A stretch of DNA of 64,000 nt from Bradymonadia bacterium (GTDB lineage: Bacteria > Myxococcota_A > Bradymonadia > UBA7976 > UBA1532), in contig JBKAGE010000037.1 of assembly GCA_046290225.1 (NCBI GenBank), forward strand, positions 320,001 through 384,000, read 5' to 3'. Shown here piece after piece: positions 40,639-49,901 of this stretch (the stretch's first letter is position 1; the number at the start of each line of letters is the position of its first letter). The notes under the pieces are model-generated. The model ran no database searches, was not told where the DNA came from, and worked only from the letters and a program-made list of their open reading frames with translations. The position numbers and the translations under genes were made by a program.

Positions 40639-42095
40639 GGGCACGACTCGTGATCAAGACACTCCGTCGTTCATCGACCCCTGGCGCCTGCTTCTGGGCT
40701 CTACTGGCCCTCGTGTCGCTTCTGGGGGCCGAGGCGCTGGCCTTGCCCCAATGGGCGGTGCAGTCGGGGCGGGCCTGTGACACCTGCCACACAGATCCCA
40801 CGGGCTGGCCCAACCCCGAGCTGGCGGAGCGCAAGTGCTCGCTCAGCTGTGGCACCTGCCACGTAAACCCCACCGGGGGCGGCATGCGCAACGCCGGGGG
40901 GCTCTACTTCGGACGCCAGACCCTGCCCATGTTCGGCAGTCGCCCCGCCGACGAGCTCTACAAAGCACCGAAGATCAAGCTGACCAACGGGCCCTCGCCG
41001 GGCTCACAGCCCTCACAGGCGCCTACGGAAGAGATGAAGGGCACGCCGATCCCCAAGGGGGACTGGTACTGGCAGATGCCCCTCGATCAGGCCCCTCGGC
41101 TCGGTGTCTGGCCCTGGAAGGTGCCTGGGCCCATGACCGCGGGCCGCTACGCCGGGATCCCGGTGAGCCCCACGTTCCAGGTGGGTACCGATCTGCGCTT
41201 CATGGCCTACTACCCTCAGGAAGAAGGGGTCGAGACGGCCTACTTCCCCATGCAGGCCGATCTGCACCTGCTCGCCCGGCCCTACAACCCCGAGGGGGTG
41301 AACGTCGGCCGCCTCACCACCTTGATCACCATGGGCTTTCAAGGGTCTCGCGGCGAAGAGTTCGATGGCTTCGTCGATCGATACTTCACCCGTGAATGGT
41401 GGGCGCTCTACGACAACCTGCCTTATCAGTTCTATGTGAAGGGTGGGCGCTTCCTGCCGGCCTATGGCTGGAAGCTCGACGATCACACGGCATATACCCG
41501 TCAAGGCATGGACTTGCTGGGCACCCCCTTTGATCACGAGCGGCAGGTCACCGGCGTAGAGGTGGGCCTCAACCCCAACTATTTCTATGCCCACGCCAGC
41601 CTCTTCAATGCTGCCCAGAAATGGGACGAGCCCATCAAGGACGAAGATGGCTATGGCGCCGCCCTCACCGCCGGCTGGCGGCACATGGGCTGGCACGTGG
41701 GCGGCTCGTTGATGGGGGGCTCGAAAGAGGGCCTCGACCAGGTCACGGCGGGGGCGAACTGGGCCCTCAACCTGATGTGGTACGACATCTTGCCCATCAT
41801 GTATCTCGGAGAGCTGAACTACACCCACTCGGGTCTCGACGGCCGAGATCGCAACGGCATGAACGCGTTCCACGAGGTCGAGGTCCGGGCCACGCGGGGG
41901 GTGCAGCTCAAGCTGCGCTATGACTGGCGCGATCCCGACACCCAGTTCATCGACGATCACTTACACCGCTACATCGTCGGTGTGCAGTGGTACCCCGTGA
42001 GTTTCCTCGAGGTGATTGTGCAATACCGTCATAACCGGGAGCTCGAGCAAATCGACAACGATGAATTCTTCGTGCAGCTCCACGGTTGGTATTGA
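40635..42095 (+). CDS. Cytochrome c-porin fusion (Cyc2-like), two CxxCH
   Basis: Signal peptide, ALPQWAVQSGRACDTCH, CGTCHVNPTGGG, aromatic-rich alternating beta C-domain ending FVQLHGWY. Confidence 0.7.
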   Translation: MRARLVIKTLRRSSTPGACFWALLALVSLLGAEALALPQWAVQSGRACDTCHTDPTGWPNPELAERKCSLSCGTCHVNPTGGGMRNAGGLYFGRQTLPMFGSRPADELYKAPKIKLTNGPSPGSQPSQAPTEEMKGTPIPKGDWYWQMPLDQAPRLGVWPWKVPGPMTAGRYAGIPVSPTFQVGTDLRFMAYYPQEEGVETAYFPMQADLHLLARPYNPEGVNVGRLTTLITMGFQGSRGEEFDGFVDRYFTREWWALYDNLPYQFYVKGGRFLPAYGWKLDDHTAYTRQGMDLLGTPFDHERQVTGVEVGLNPNYFYAHASLFNAAQKWDEPIKDEDGYGAALTAGWRHMGWHVGGSLMGGSKEGLDQVTAGANWALNLMWYDILPIMYLGELNYTHSGLDGRDRNGMNAFHEVEVRATRGVQLKLRYDWRDPDTQFIDDHLHRYIVGVQWYPVSFLEVIVQYRHNRELEQIDNDEFFVQLHGWY

Positions 42096-42154
42096 CCACC
42101 GACCTGGGCCGGCATAATCCACCCCGGTCGGATGCTTGACCGGGAGGAGCCAGA

Positions 42155-43840
42155 ATGTCGCGCCGTCACCTGCCTCGCCGAGGCCTGTTCACACCACTCA
42201 TCATCGCCCTGACGCTGTCGCTGGGGGTGGCCCACGCCGCTCCGGTGGACGACACCGCACGTCGCCTGATGGAGTACGTGCCTGCGGACACGCCCTATGC
42301 CTTCGTGGGGCTCGAGTCGTTCCCCGAGGCCATCACCAAGAAGATGACTCAGGCGGTCCAGCCCACCTTGGATCAGCTGAAGACGCAGATGGCCGAGCTC
42401 GAGAAGACCCCGGGTCAGAGCAAGGGCGACCGCGTGATCCAGGCCGTCGTACAGGAGATGTTCGCCAACGTCGATGACGCCATGAACATCTTCGGCATGG
42501 GCCCCGACAGCCGCATGGTGATCTATGGCCTGGGCTTCCTGCCCGCCGCCCGCATCACCCTCAAAGATCCCAAGCGACTTCAGAGCTTCATCGGCAAGGT
42601 GGAGAAGCGCTCCGAGGTGAAGTTCGATCGCAAGCAGTTCGACTCGGTGTCGTACTACAGCTTCGGCGACGCCGAGTTGCAGGTGGCCCTGGCCATCATC
42701 AACAACGATCTGGTCATCGGCGCCTCACCCACCTCGATGACCGAGGAGGTCTGGCCTCAACTCTTCGGACTGCGCAAGCCCCTGAAGACCACCCTCAACC
42801 AGTCGGGCAAGATCGACGACCTGATCAAGCGCCACAACCTCAACAGCTTCGCTGTGGGCTTCCTCGACCACAAAGCCATCGCCCAGCTGCTCATGGGTGA
42901 CAACACGGGCCTGGGCCAGAAAATGGCCACGGCCCTGGGCTACAAGGTGAAGCTCGACGCCACCTGCAAGGCCGAGGTCTACAGTCTGGTGGACTATGCA
43001 CCTCGCTCGATCATCGACTACCGGATCATCGGCGAGCAGGAGATCCGCAGCGATCTGCTCTTCGAAACCGAGGCCGCCCTCACCCATGATCTCGCCGGCC
43101 TCACCACTCGGGTGCCGGGCCTCGGCGGCGCCCAGAAGTCCCACCTCGGTGAGATGGCTTTTGCCCTCGACGTCAATGGCATGTTCGACCTGCTCGGCCG
43201 CCGGGCGAAGGCCGCCGCGGCGAAGCCCTTCACCTGCCCCGACCTGCAGGGCCTCAACGAGATGGCCACGAACCTGAGCCGGGATCTGGGCAACGGCACC
43301 CCCGCACCAGCGGCAGCCTTCGCCAAAGGCTTCCGCGGGCTGCACGCGGTCATCGAAGACGGCCGGATGACCAAGGACAAGAGCTTCGAGGCCAAGGGCT
43401 TTGTGCACTTGTCCCACGACACCCCCATGACCTTCATGGGCATCCTGGGCATCGCCCTCCCTGCTCTGGGGCAGGCAGGCCTGACCGACGACGGCAAGGT
43501 GGTGGACGTGAAGCTGCCCAAGTCGCAGTCGAGCAAGATGGACTTCTCCGCGGTCTCCGCCGTGGCGGTCCGGGGCAAAGGCATGGTGGTGGGCTCTGGC
43601 AAGGGCATGAAGGGCCGCATCACCGGCGTGCTCGACGCCCCCGCCCCCGGGCCGGCCCCAGTGTTCCTGTTCAACTACGATGCCGGACGCTTCCTCAAGC
43701 TGATCGGCGACACGCTGCCCCCCGACGCCACCGAGCGCGAGGCCATGGAGTCCTTGCTCAGCGTCTTCGGCGCCACGGGATACGGCGTCTACTTCACTGA
43801 TCGCGGGCCCATGATCCGCAGCACCATCTTCTTGCGCTGA
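42155..43840 (+). CDS. Secreted hypothetical protein
   Basis: Signal peptide (AHA), strong GC3 codon bias, GGAGG RBS. Confidence 0.75.
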   Translation: MSRRHLPRRGLFTPLIIALTLSLGVAHAAPVDDTARRLMEYVPADTPYAFVGLESFPEAITKKMTQAVQPTLDQLKTQMAELEKTPGQSKGDRVIQAVVQEMFANVDDAMNIFGMGPDSRMVIYGLGFLPAARITLKDPKRLQSFIGKVEKRSEVKFDRKQFDSVSYYSFGDAELQVALAIINNDLVIGASPTSMTEEVWPQLFGLRKPLKTTLNQSGKIDDLIKRHNLNSFAVGFLDHKAIAQLLMGDNTGLGQKMATALGYKVKLDATCKAEVYSLVDYAPRSIIDYRIIGEQEIRSDLLFETEAALTHDLAGLTTRVPGLGGAQKSHLGEMAFALDVNGMFDLLGRRAKAAAAKPFTCPDLQGLNEMATNLSRDLGNGTPAPAAAFAKGFRGLHAVIEDGRMTKDKSFEAKGFVHLSHDTPMTFMGILGIALPALGQAGLTDDGKVVDVKLPKSQSSKMDFSAVSAVAVRGKGMVVGSGKGMKGRITGVLDAPAPGPAPVFLFNYDAGRFLKLIGDTLPPDATEREAMESLLSVFGATGYGVYFTDRGPMIRSTIFLR

Positions 43841-43848
43841 TCGAGCAC

Positions 43849-44421
43849 ATGCCTCTGACGCTCCCCCCCATCCATCTGCCCATCACGCACGAAGACGTCG
43901 ATCAGCTCGCAGCGGCGCTTGGCGAGGTCATCCCCCGCTTCGCGATTCGCTACAAAGACGAGTCACCGCTTCAGCGCCTGATCGGCCGCCTGGTGTCACC
44001 CTTTAACTCGGAATACATGACCCGCTTCACCACGGTGATGTTCGGCAAAGTATATTTCCCGAGTCGGGCGTGGTGTGACGAGATGGGCCCGGAGGCGGTT
44101 TACAGCATCTTGCGCCACGAGGCGGTGCACCTGCTCGACGCCAAACACTTCCCGGTGATCTTTCACCTGAGCTACTTGTTCTTGTTGCCAGCAGGCCTCA
44201 CGGCCCGGGCGTGGTGGGAGTGGCGTGGGTACGTGGAGACAATGCGGGTGGAGGTGGCCCTTCGAGGGTACGTGCCCGAGCATCACATCGAGTGGATCGC
44301 AGGCTGCTTCACGGGGCCTGCGTATCTATTCATGTGGCCGTTCCCGAAGCAGATCCGTCGCGCCCTGAGGCGTAAGGCGAAACAGCTTCAAGCCCAGCGT
44401 GAAGCTCAAGGCAGCCCGTAG
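43849..44421 (+). CDS. Hypothetical protein with HExxH motif
   Basis: ILRHEAVH, RAWWEWRGY, FTGPAYLFMWP. Confidence 0.7.
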   Translation: MPLTLPPIHLPITHEDVDQLAAALGEVIPRFAIRYKDESPLQRLIGRLVSPFNSEYMTRFTTVMFGKVYFPSRAWCDEMGPEAVYSILRHEAVHLLDAKHFPVIFHLSYLFLLPAGLTARAWWEWRGYVETMRVEVALRGYVPEHHIEWIAGCFTGPAYLFMWPFPKQIRRALRRKAKQLQAQREAQGSP

Positions 44422-44852
44422 TCGAAGCCCTTCATCGTCGCCAGATAGATGCCCAGCGCCGCGCTCACCATGGCCATCAATGCTGACAGGCCGTAGACCA
44501 GCCGCAGCTGGGGCACGAGCCTCAGGCTCGATTGCCGTGCGCAGGCCACCATCATCACCCCACCGGCGAGCGACAGCGCCAGGGCATACCAGGCCAGGTG
44601 CTCTTTGATCTCGAACATCTGCCCCATCTGCAGGTCAGCCAGATAGAGCTGACGGCGCAGCTCTTGTCGGTATGCGGGGTAGATCACCCAGCCCATGATG
44701 TTGGTGCCCAAACACGTGAGCGTGGCCAGATAGCCCGCCAGCCGTGTGCGAGGGCTCGGCCGCTTCGCCCGCCGCAATGCCAGAGGTGGGTGCAGGGCCA
44801 GGGCGATGCCCAGCAAGGCCAGATGGCCGTGGATCTTCTCCCAAATCAGCAT
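44406..44852 (-). CDS. Small multi-TM membrane protein with several His residues
   Basis: ~4 hydrophobic segments, IHGHL..LHP, IKEHLAW. Start overlaps the upstream stop (TGATG). Confidence 0.7.
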   Translation of the reverse strand: MLIWEKIHGHLALLGIALALHPPLALRRAKRPSPRTRLAGYLATLTCLGTNIMGWVIYPAYRQELRRQLYLADLQMGQMFEIKEHLAWYALALSLAGGVMMVACARQSSLRLVPQLRLVYGLSALMAMVSAALGIYLATMKGFDYGLP

Positions 44853-45184
44853 CAGGGATACATCACGCTGAGCAACGCGCAGCCGAGGGTCACTGGCACG
44901 AGCAAACGCGTCAGCCAGCGTATGATCTGCTCGGCCCGGCCGAGGGCCAGACGCCAGCCGGCGATGGCCCCCACGGTGGAGATGAAGGCCGAGAGCCCCA
45001 AGCGCCAGAAATACTCCACCCGCACGGTGGCCATGATGGCGGTGGGGTCCACCGGGCCCATGTCGATGGCCGCTCGTGTGCGATCAAGGCTGTAGAACAG
45101 ACAGCCCACCAGGGCGCCGGCGAGAGCGCCGGCGCAGATGCGCAGCCACACATCTCGCTCATGGTGCGCTTCGACGTCTGACAT
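44852..45184 (-). CDS. Small membrane protein (3 TM)
   Basis: ATG overlaps the rSAM stop (TGATG), with hydrophobic segments. Confidence 0.7.
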   Translation of the reverse strand: MSDVEAHHERDVWLRICAGALAGALVGCLFYSLDRTRAAIDMGPVDPTAIMATVRVEYFWRLGLSAFISTVGAIAGWRLALGRAEQIIRWLTRLLVPVTLGCALLSVMYP

Positions 45185-46356
45185 CAGGGACACCTCACGG
45201 GCTCGAAGGGCACACCCCGGTGGTGGGCCATCACCCGAGGACACTCCGGATCCGGAGCGAAGTACGTGTCGTCGTAGAACGCCGTCACCGCCTTGCAGCC
45301 CCCTTTGCAAATCGACCGATAGACGCATGTATTACACGGCGCAGGGGCGTTCTCCGGGTAGCTCCGCCAGCGCTTCAAGGTCTCGTCAGTGCCCCAACGT
45401 GGCCCCAGAGCGCCCGCGTCTCCGAGGGGGGTCTCGATGAAGCTGCACGGGGTGGCGTGCAGCTCTGCAGTGATCGCGCTCAGCGCGTGACCCGCCTCGC
45501 AACCGTACACCCCGAAACGTTCGAGCTGCTCCGGGTCGGGGTTCGCCGCGCAGAGCATAGGGATGAACGAGCAGTCCACCTTGAAGCTCACGGCGGGATA
45601 TTGCTCGGCGAGGGCCATCAGAGTGGGCGTGAGGGATCGACTCTGGGCCTCGGTGAGGGCCATGCTCTCATAGATGTCCCGGCCTCGACCCGTGGGCTTA
45701 AACCGCAAGCACTCCACCTCATCCACCCCATAGGCCACCACGGCCTCGACGGTCTGGGGCAGCGCTTCGAAGGTGGCCCGACTGAGCACACAGTTGATGC
45801 CACAACGCACGCCGGCTTCCGCGAGCATGGACAGCGCCTTCAACGCAGCGGCGGCGCCATCGTAGCCGCGACTCTGGCGGTAGACCGCGCCCACGCCATC
45901 CATGGAGACGTTGACCCGCCCAAAGACAGTGCACGCCCGAGCCCGCTCAGGGGTCAGGCCGATGCCGCTGGTGGTGAGGTTGGGCACCATGCCCCGCTGA
46001 CGAATGTAGTGAGCCAGCTCGAAGAGGCCCGGCCTCAGCATGCTCTCCCCGCCGCCGAGGGCCACGTGGAACACACCTGCATCGGCGAGCTGATCCACCA
46101 CGGCCTTCAGAGCACTGACTGTGGGCTCTGCCCCTGAAGGCGTGGCCCCGGTGTAGCACCCCGGGCAGGCTGCGGGGCAGCGATTGGTGGTCATCAAGTG
46201 CACCTCGATGGGGGCGCTCAAGTGACCTGATGGTGCAGACCACGATGGATGCTCACGGCCACCGAGGGCTCGAGCCATGGTCTGATCGACGTGCACCAGC
46301 GCCGGCGGATCGTCCAGGGCGATGATGGCGCCGAAGTCTTCGTAGCGCAGCTTCAC
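45184..46356 (-). CDS. Radical SAM/SPASM domain protein
   Basis: CPAACPGC, GGGE, NLTTSG; SPASM CEAG..PCSF..CNTC..CKGGC..DPEC. Confidence 0.92.
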   Translation of the reverse strand: MKLRYEDFGAIIALDDPPALVHVDQTMARALGGREHPSWSAPSGHLSAPIEVHLMTTNRCPAACPGCYTGATPSGAEPTVSALKAVVDQLADAGVFHVALGGGESMLRPGLFELAHYIRQRGMVPNLTTSGIGLTPERARACTVFGRVNVSMDGVGAVYRQSRGYDGAAAALKALSMLAEAGVRCGINCVLSRATFEALPQTVEAVVAYGVDEVECLRFKPTGRGRDIYESMALTEAQSRSLTPTLMALAEQYPAVSFKVDCSFIPMLCAANPDPEQLERFGVYGCEAGHALSAITAELHATPCSFIETPLGDAGALGPRWGTDETLKRWRSYPENAPAPCNTCVYRSICKGGCKAVTAFYDDTYFAPDPECPRVMAHHRGVPFEPVRCP

Positions 46357-46628
46357 TGATCCGCCTCAGGCTCGGAGGCCGCCTCACCATCGGTAACCTG
46401 CTGGCGCTGGGCGCGGGCCTGCAGCAGCGCTGACATGAGGTTCACAGCCACAGTGCTCGCCGTGGCTGTCCAGAAGAGCATGTTGATGACGCTGCCCACG
46501 GAGCTGGAGTTCGGGTTGTAGCCGAACTTGATCTTCAAGATGCGGCCCGGCAGCGGCGCACCGGGCTCGATGGCCCCTTCAGCGCGCAGGGCTTCTCTCA
46601 GCGCCTCGTGCCAAGCGTCTTCGTCCAT
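46353..46628 (-). CDS. 91-aa protein with GYNPNSSS motif and hydrophobic segment (candidate rSAM substrate)
   Basis: MDEDAW..GRILKIKFGYNPNSSSVGSVINMLFW.. Its stop overlaps the rSAM GTG. Confidence 0.7.
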   Translation of the reverse strand: MDEDAWHEALREALRAEGAIEPGAPLPGRILKIKFGYNPNSSSVGSVINMLFWTATASTVAVNLMSALLQARAQRQQVTDGEAASEPEADQ

Positions 46629-46629
46629 C

Positions 46630-47742
46630 TCACATCCCCATGAGGGCCTGCAGCCCAAAGGTGTCGAGCACCATGAAACATGCCCCGAGAGAGGCGGTGA
46701 CCGACAACACCGCCAATGCCATATGAAGCCCGAGCCCTGTCGTGGGTCGCCCGTGACGGCTCGCGCCCACGATCAAGTGCACCCCCACGAGGGCCACACC
46801 ACACGACCAGAAAGGCCAGAGGTGCCCCGGGCTCCACAGCTCGGCGATCAGGCCGCCGGCCCCGAAGACATACACGATGAAACTCGCCCCTCGCCAGGGT
46901 CGCCAACGCCTCAGCGTCGAACCTGAGAAGGCCCGCCACCCTTGTCTGAACACGCACAGACCGAGGAGAGCGGCGAGCATCACCCAAGAGCCGAGCCGAG
47001 CCCGAATGCGCCACAGCAGATCTCGGGCGTTGTGGAGCAGCCTTCTCAAGCGCACGTGATCGGTATGCTGAGCCAAGTGCGCCTCCAGCGCCTCGATGAG
47101 CGGTGTCGGATCTCTCGAGCCCACGGCGCGAAACGCGAGCTGATATGCCGTATAGGCCTGCACCTCGTTCGCGGCAGCAAGGCCAATTGCGAGGGTGCGC
47201 TGCAGCGATGCTTCAGGGCGTCTTTGCACCTCGAGATCGTCACGGGCGAGCCAGAGCTCCAGAGCGAATACCGCCTCGGGCTCTGCATCGGCTCGCAACG
47301 CCTGTACCGCAGCACGGGTGGCATCACCGCCAAGCTTCAGAGCCTCGGCTTTGATGCGCTCGAAGCGCGCCAGAGTGTTCTGAGCGGCCTCGGGGCGAGC
47401 ACCGATCACTTCGAGGCGACGTCGAGCACGGCGCGCGAAACGACCACCGGGATCGAGTTCGAGGGATCGCTGGTACCATCGCTGAGCCCCACTCAGCCCT
47501 CTCGACTCCATCAACTCACCCAACGTGTAGGCCGCGCGGGCCCCCTGGCGTTTCAGAGCCTGAGTCGCTTCGGGGTCAGACGCTTGATTCACCATCTGCC
47601 GCAGCTCCACGGCCCCTTGCCGATATGCCGCTTCGTCATCGGCAGCCCGGACAGCATCGAAGATCGCCCGAGGATCCCGCTCTGCGCTGGCTGGTGCGGA
47701 GCACAGGGCGATCACGAGCCACACGAGAGGCACGCACAACAT
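46630..47742 (-). CDS. TPR-like exported domain + C-terminal multi-TM protein
   Basis: Signal peptide, AAYTLGE..AQRWYQRSLELDP TPR-like repeat, ~4 C-terminal TM helices. Confidence 0.7.
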   Translation of the reverse strand: MLCVPLVWLVIALCSAPASAERDPRAIFDAVRAADDEAAYRQGAVELRQMVNQASDPEATQALKRQGARAAYTLGELMESRGLSGAQRWYQRSLELDPGGRFARRARRRLEVIGARPEAAQNTLARFERIKAEALKLGGDATRAAVQALRADAEPEAVFALELWLARDDLEVQRRPEASLQRTLAIGLAAANEVQAYTAYQLAFRAVGSRDPTPLIEALEAHLAQHTDHVRLRRLLHNARDLLWRIRARLGSWVMLAALLGLCVFRQGWRAFSGSTLRRWRPWRGASFIVYVFGAGGLIAELWSPGHLWPFWSCGVALVGVHLIVGASRHGRPTTGLGLHMALAVLSVTASLGACFMVLDTFGLQALMGM

Positions 47743-47804
47743 GTTGCCTGCAGCAGCATCTAAAGTCGTGATACCTTCTCTCCTCTCTTCAGCCGGGTAG
47801 AACC

Positions 47805-49229
47805 ATGAGATGCACCCTCACCTCCACCGTCGCACTGTGCGCTGCAACCCTCTTCACCTTCGGCTGTGACACCACAGAGAGTACCCAGACAGCGACATCA
47901 GATGCCGACGCGCTCACCGACACCGGTCTCACCGACGCAGAGCGTGTCGAGGATGCCGAAGCCATCACCGATGCCAGTGTCGTCGCCGACGCTGCTCTGC
48001 CGGCACCCGACGCAGCTCAACCCATATATGCCGAGAACTGCGACGATGCGGTGCAGCATGGGCTCACCTTCACGCCAGCGCTGTGTGCCCACGAGATCAC
48101 CCACCAGGAAGGCCTGGAAGAGATCACCGCGAGCTGTGGCGTCGCCACGGAGACGCCCGTCCATCTGCACCTGAACTTCCCCACGGAAGATCCCTCCACC
48201 ACCATCGCCATGCTCTGGACCACTGGTGGTGACACTCGGGTGAGCGAGGTGCGCCTCGGCAATGACCCAAGCGCCCTCGATCAAGTCTGGCACGGTCACA
48301 CGTTCACCCATAGTCAGATGGAAGGCCGCCGCCTACACGAGGTGCACGTGTGCGGCCTCGAGCCCGGGCGTACGTACTATTATCAAGCAGGCGGTCCGGG
48401 CGGTTGGAGCGAAGTCGCGAGCTTCACGACGGCCCCAGTCAAAGACACAGACGAAGAGTTCACCTTCGCCTTCGCCGGCGACACACGCTCTGAAGACTTC
48501 ATCATGTGGAACGAGGCCTTGAGGGCCATCGACGCCCGTGGGGTGGACATGATGCTCTTCAGCGGTGATCTGGTGGATCGCGGGTTGATGCAGGATCAAT
48601 GGGACGGCTGGTTCGGCGCCGGAGATCCGTACATGTCGCGCCTGCCCTTCATCCCGGCCAACGGCAACCATGACTGGCTCTCCCTGAACTACCTCGCCCA
48701 CTTCGCCTTGCCGCGAAACGAAGAGAACTTCCATTACCGATATGGCAACGCCCTCATCATCTCGGTCAATGACTTCCCGGCGATGGACCCCCGGGCCATC
48801 CGCGGTCGCACGCGAGAATATCTACGCGATACGCTGGCGGCCCATCAGGACGCCAAATGGAAGTTCGTCGTCAACCACCGCGCCTTCTTCAGCGCGAGCC
48901 AGCACGGCTCGACATCGGTGCTTCAAGAGGAGTGGCTGCCGTTCATCGACGAATATGGCGTCGATATGGTCTTCAACGGCCACGATCACAACTACGAGCG
49001 CTCCAAGCCGATCCGCAACATGGAGGTGGTCCCCATGGGTGAGGGCACGATCTACGCCATCGCAGCAGGCATCGGCGCCCCGCTCTACGAGAACGGCTCC
49101 GAGTGGTGGACCGAGATCTCCGAGAAAGTGCCTTCATATGGCATTGTGCGCGTAGCGGGTGATCGCCTCGAGTACACGGCCTACCGTCTCGACGGCACGA
49201 TGCTCGACAGTTTTACTTGGACCAAGTGA
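47805..49229 (+). CDS. Purple acid phosphatase-family metallophosphoesterase lipoprotein
   Basis: FN3 GLEPGRTYYY, GDT, SGDLV, GNHD, NH, GHDH.YERS. Confidence 0.9.
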   Translation: MRCTLTSTVALCAATLFTFGCDTTESTQTATSDADALTDTGLTDAERVEDAEAITDASVVADAALPAPDAAQPIYAENCDDAVQHGLTFTPALCAHEITHQEGLEEITASCGVATETPVHLHLNFPTEDPSTTIAMLWTTGGDTRVSEVRLGNDPSALDQVWHGHTFTHSQMEGRRLHEVHVCGLEPGRTYYYQAGGPGGWSEVASFTTAPVKDTDEEFTFAFAGDTRSEDFIMWNEALRAIDARGVDMMLFSGDLVDRGLMQDQWDGWFGAGDPYMSRLPFIPANGNHDWLSLNYLAHFALPRNEENFHYRYGNALIISVNDFPAMDPRAIRGRTREYLRDTLAAHQDAKWKFVVNHRAFFSASQHGSTSVLQEEWLPFIDEYGVDMVFNGHDHNYERSKPIRNMEVVPMGEGTIYAIAAGIGAPLYENGSEWWTEISEKVPSYGIVRVAGDRLEYTAYRLDGTMLDSFTWTK

Positions 49230-49230
49230 C

Positions 49231-49608
49231 ATGATGTCGAAGAAATCATCGTTCAGCGTGCTGGGCACCCCCCTGGAGCTTTGCAGCTGCGAGCCCATGA
49301 CCGGCTGGTTCCGCAACGGCTTCTGCGAGACCGACAAAGATGATCGCGGCAGCCACGTGGTGTGCGCCGAGATGACCGACGAGTTCCTGGCCTACACCAG
49401 GCGCCGGGGCAACGATCTCAGCACCCCACGGCCCGAGTTCGGGTTCCCGGGCCTCGAAGCAGGCGATCATTGGTGCCTCTGCGCGATCCGTTGGGCCGAG
49501 GCCGTGGAGGCTGGGGTGGCCCCACCCGTGTTCCTCGAGCGCACGGAACGCTCGGCCCTCGAGGTGGTCGATCTCGACACCCTCAAGCGCCACGCGGTCC
49601 TGCACTGA
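49231..49608 (+). CDS. DUF2237 family protein
   Basis: VLGTPLELCSCEPMTGWFRNGFC, GNDLSTPRPEFGFPGL..GD.WCLCA.RW. Confidence 0.9.
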   Translation: MMSKKSSFSVLGTPLELCSCEPMTGWFRNGFCETDKDDRGSHVVCAEMTDEFLAYTRRRGNDLSTPRPEFGFPGLEAGDHWCLCAIRWAEAVEAGVAPPVFLERTERSALEVVDLDTLKRHAVLH

Positions 49609-49880
49609 TGCTCGAGTCACGAGAAGACGAAGCGATCCCCATGGGGGACGATCCAAACGATCCCACCCGAGTGGCCGTGGCCCGAGAAGCCGAAGCGCTC
49701 CCTCTCAAACCACTGCTCATGGCTTTGGTGATTCCCGGTGTCACCGCTGGCGTCGCTTATGGCTTGGGCCAGTGGCTGTTCCCCGGTGAAGATCAGGAGA
49801 CGATCCGTCAGGTGATGGTGGTGTCGGGCCTTGTCGCGGCGGCCGGGGCGGTGGCCTGGATGTTTACCCGCAAGCGGTAA
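49608..49880 (+). CDS. Small 2-TM protein
   Basis: TGATG overlap with the DUF2237 stop, two hydrophobic segments. Confidence 0.6.
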   Translation: MLESREDEAIPMGDDPNDPTRVAVAREAEALPLKPLLMALVIPGVTAGVAYGLGQWLFPGEDQETIRQVMVVSGLVAAAGAVAWMFTRKR

Positions 49881-49901
49881 AATCTGGCTACACTGCCGGG
49901 C

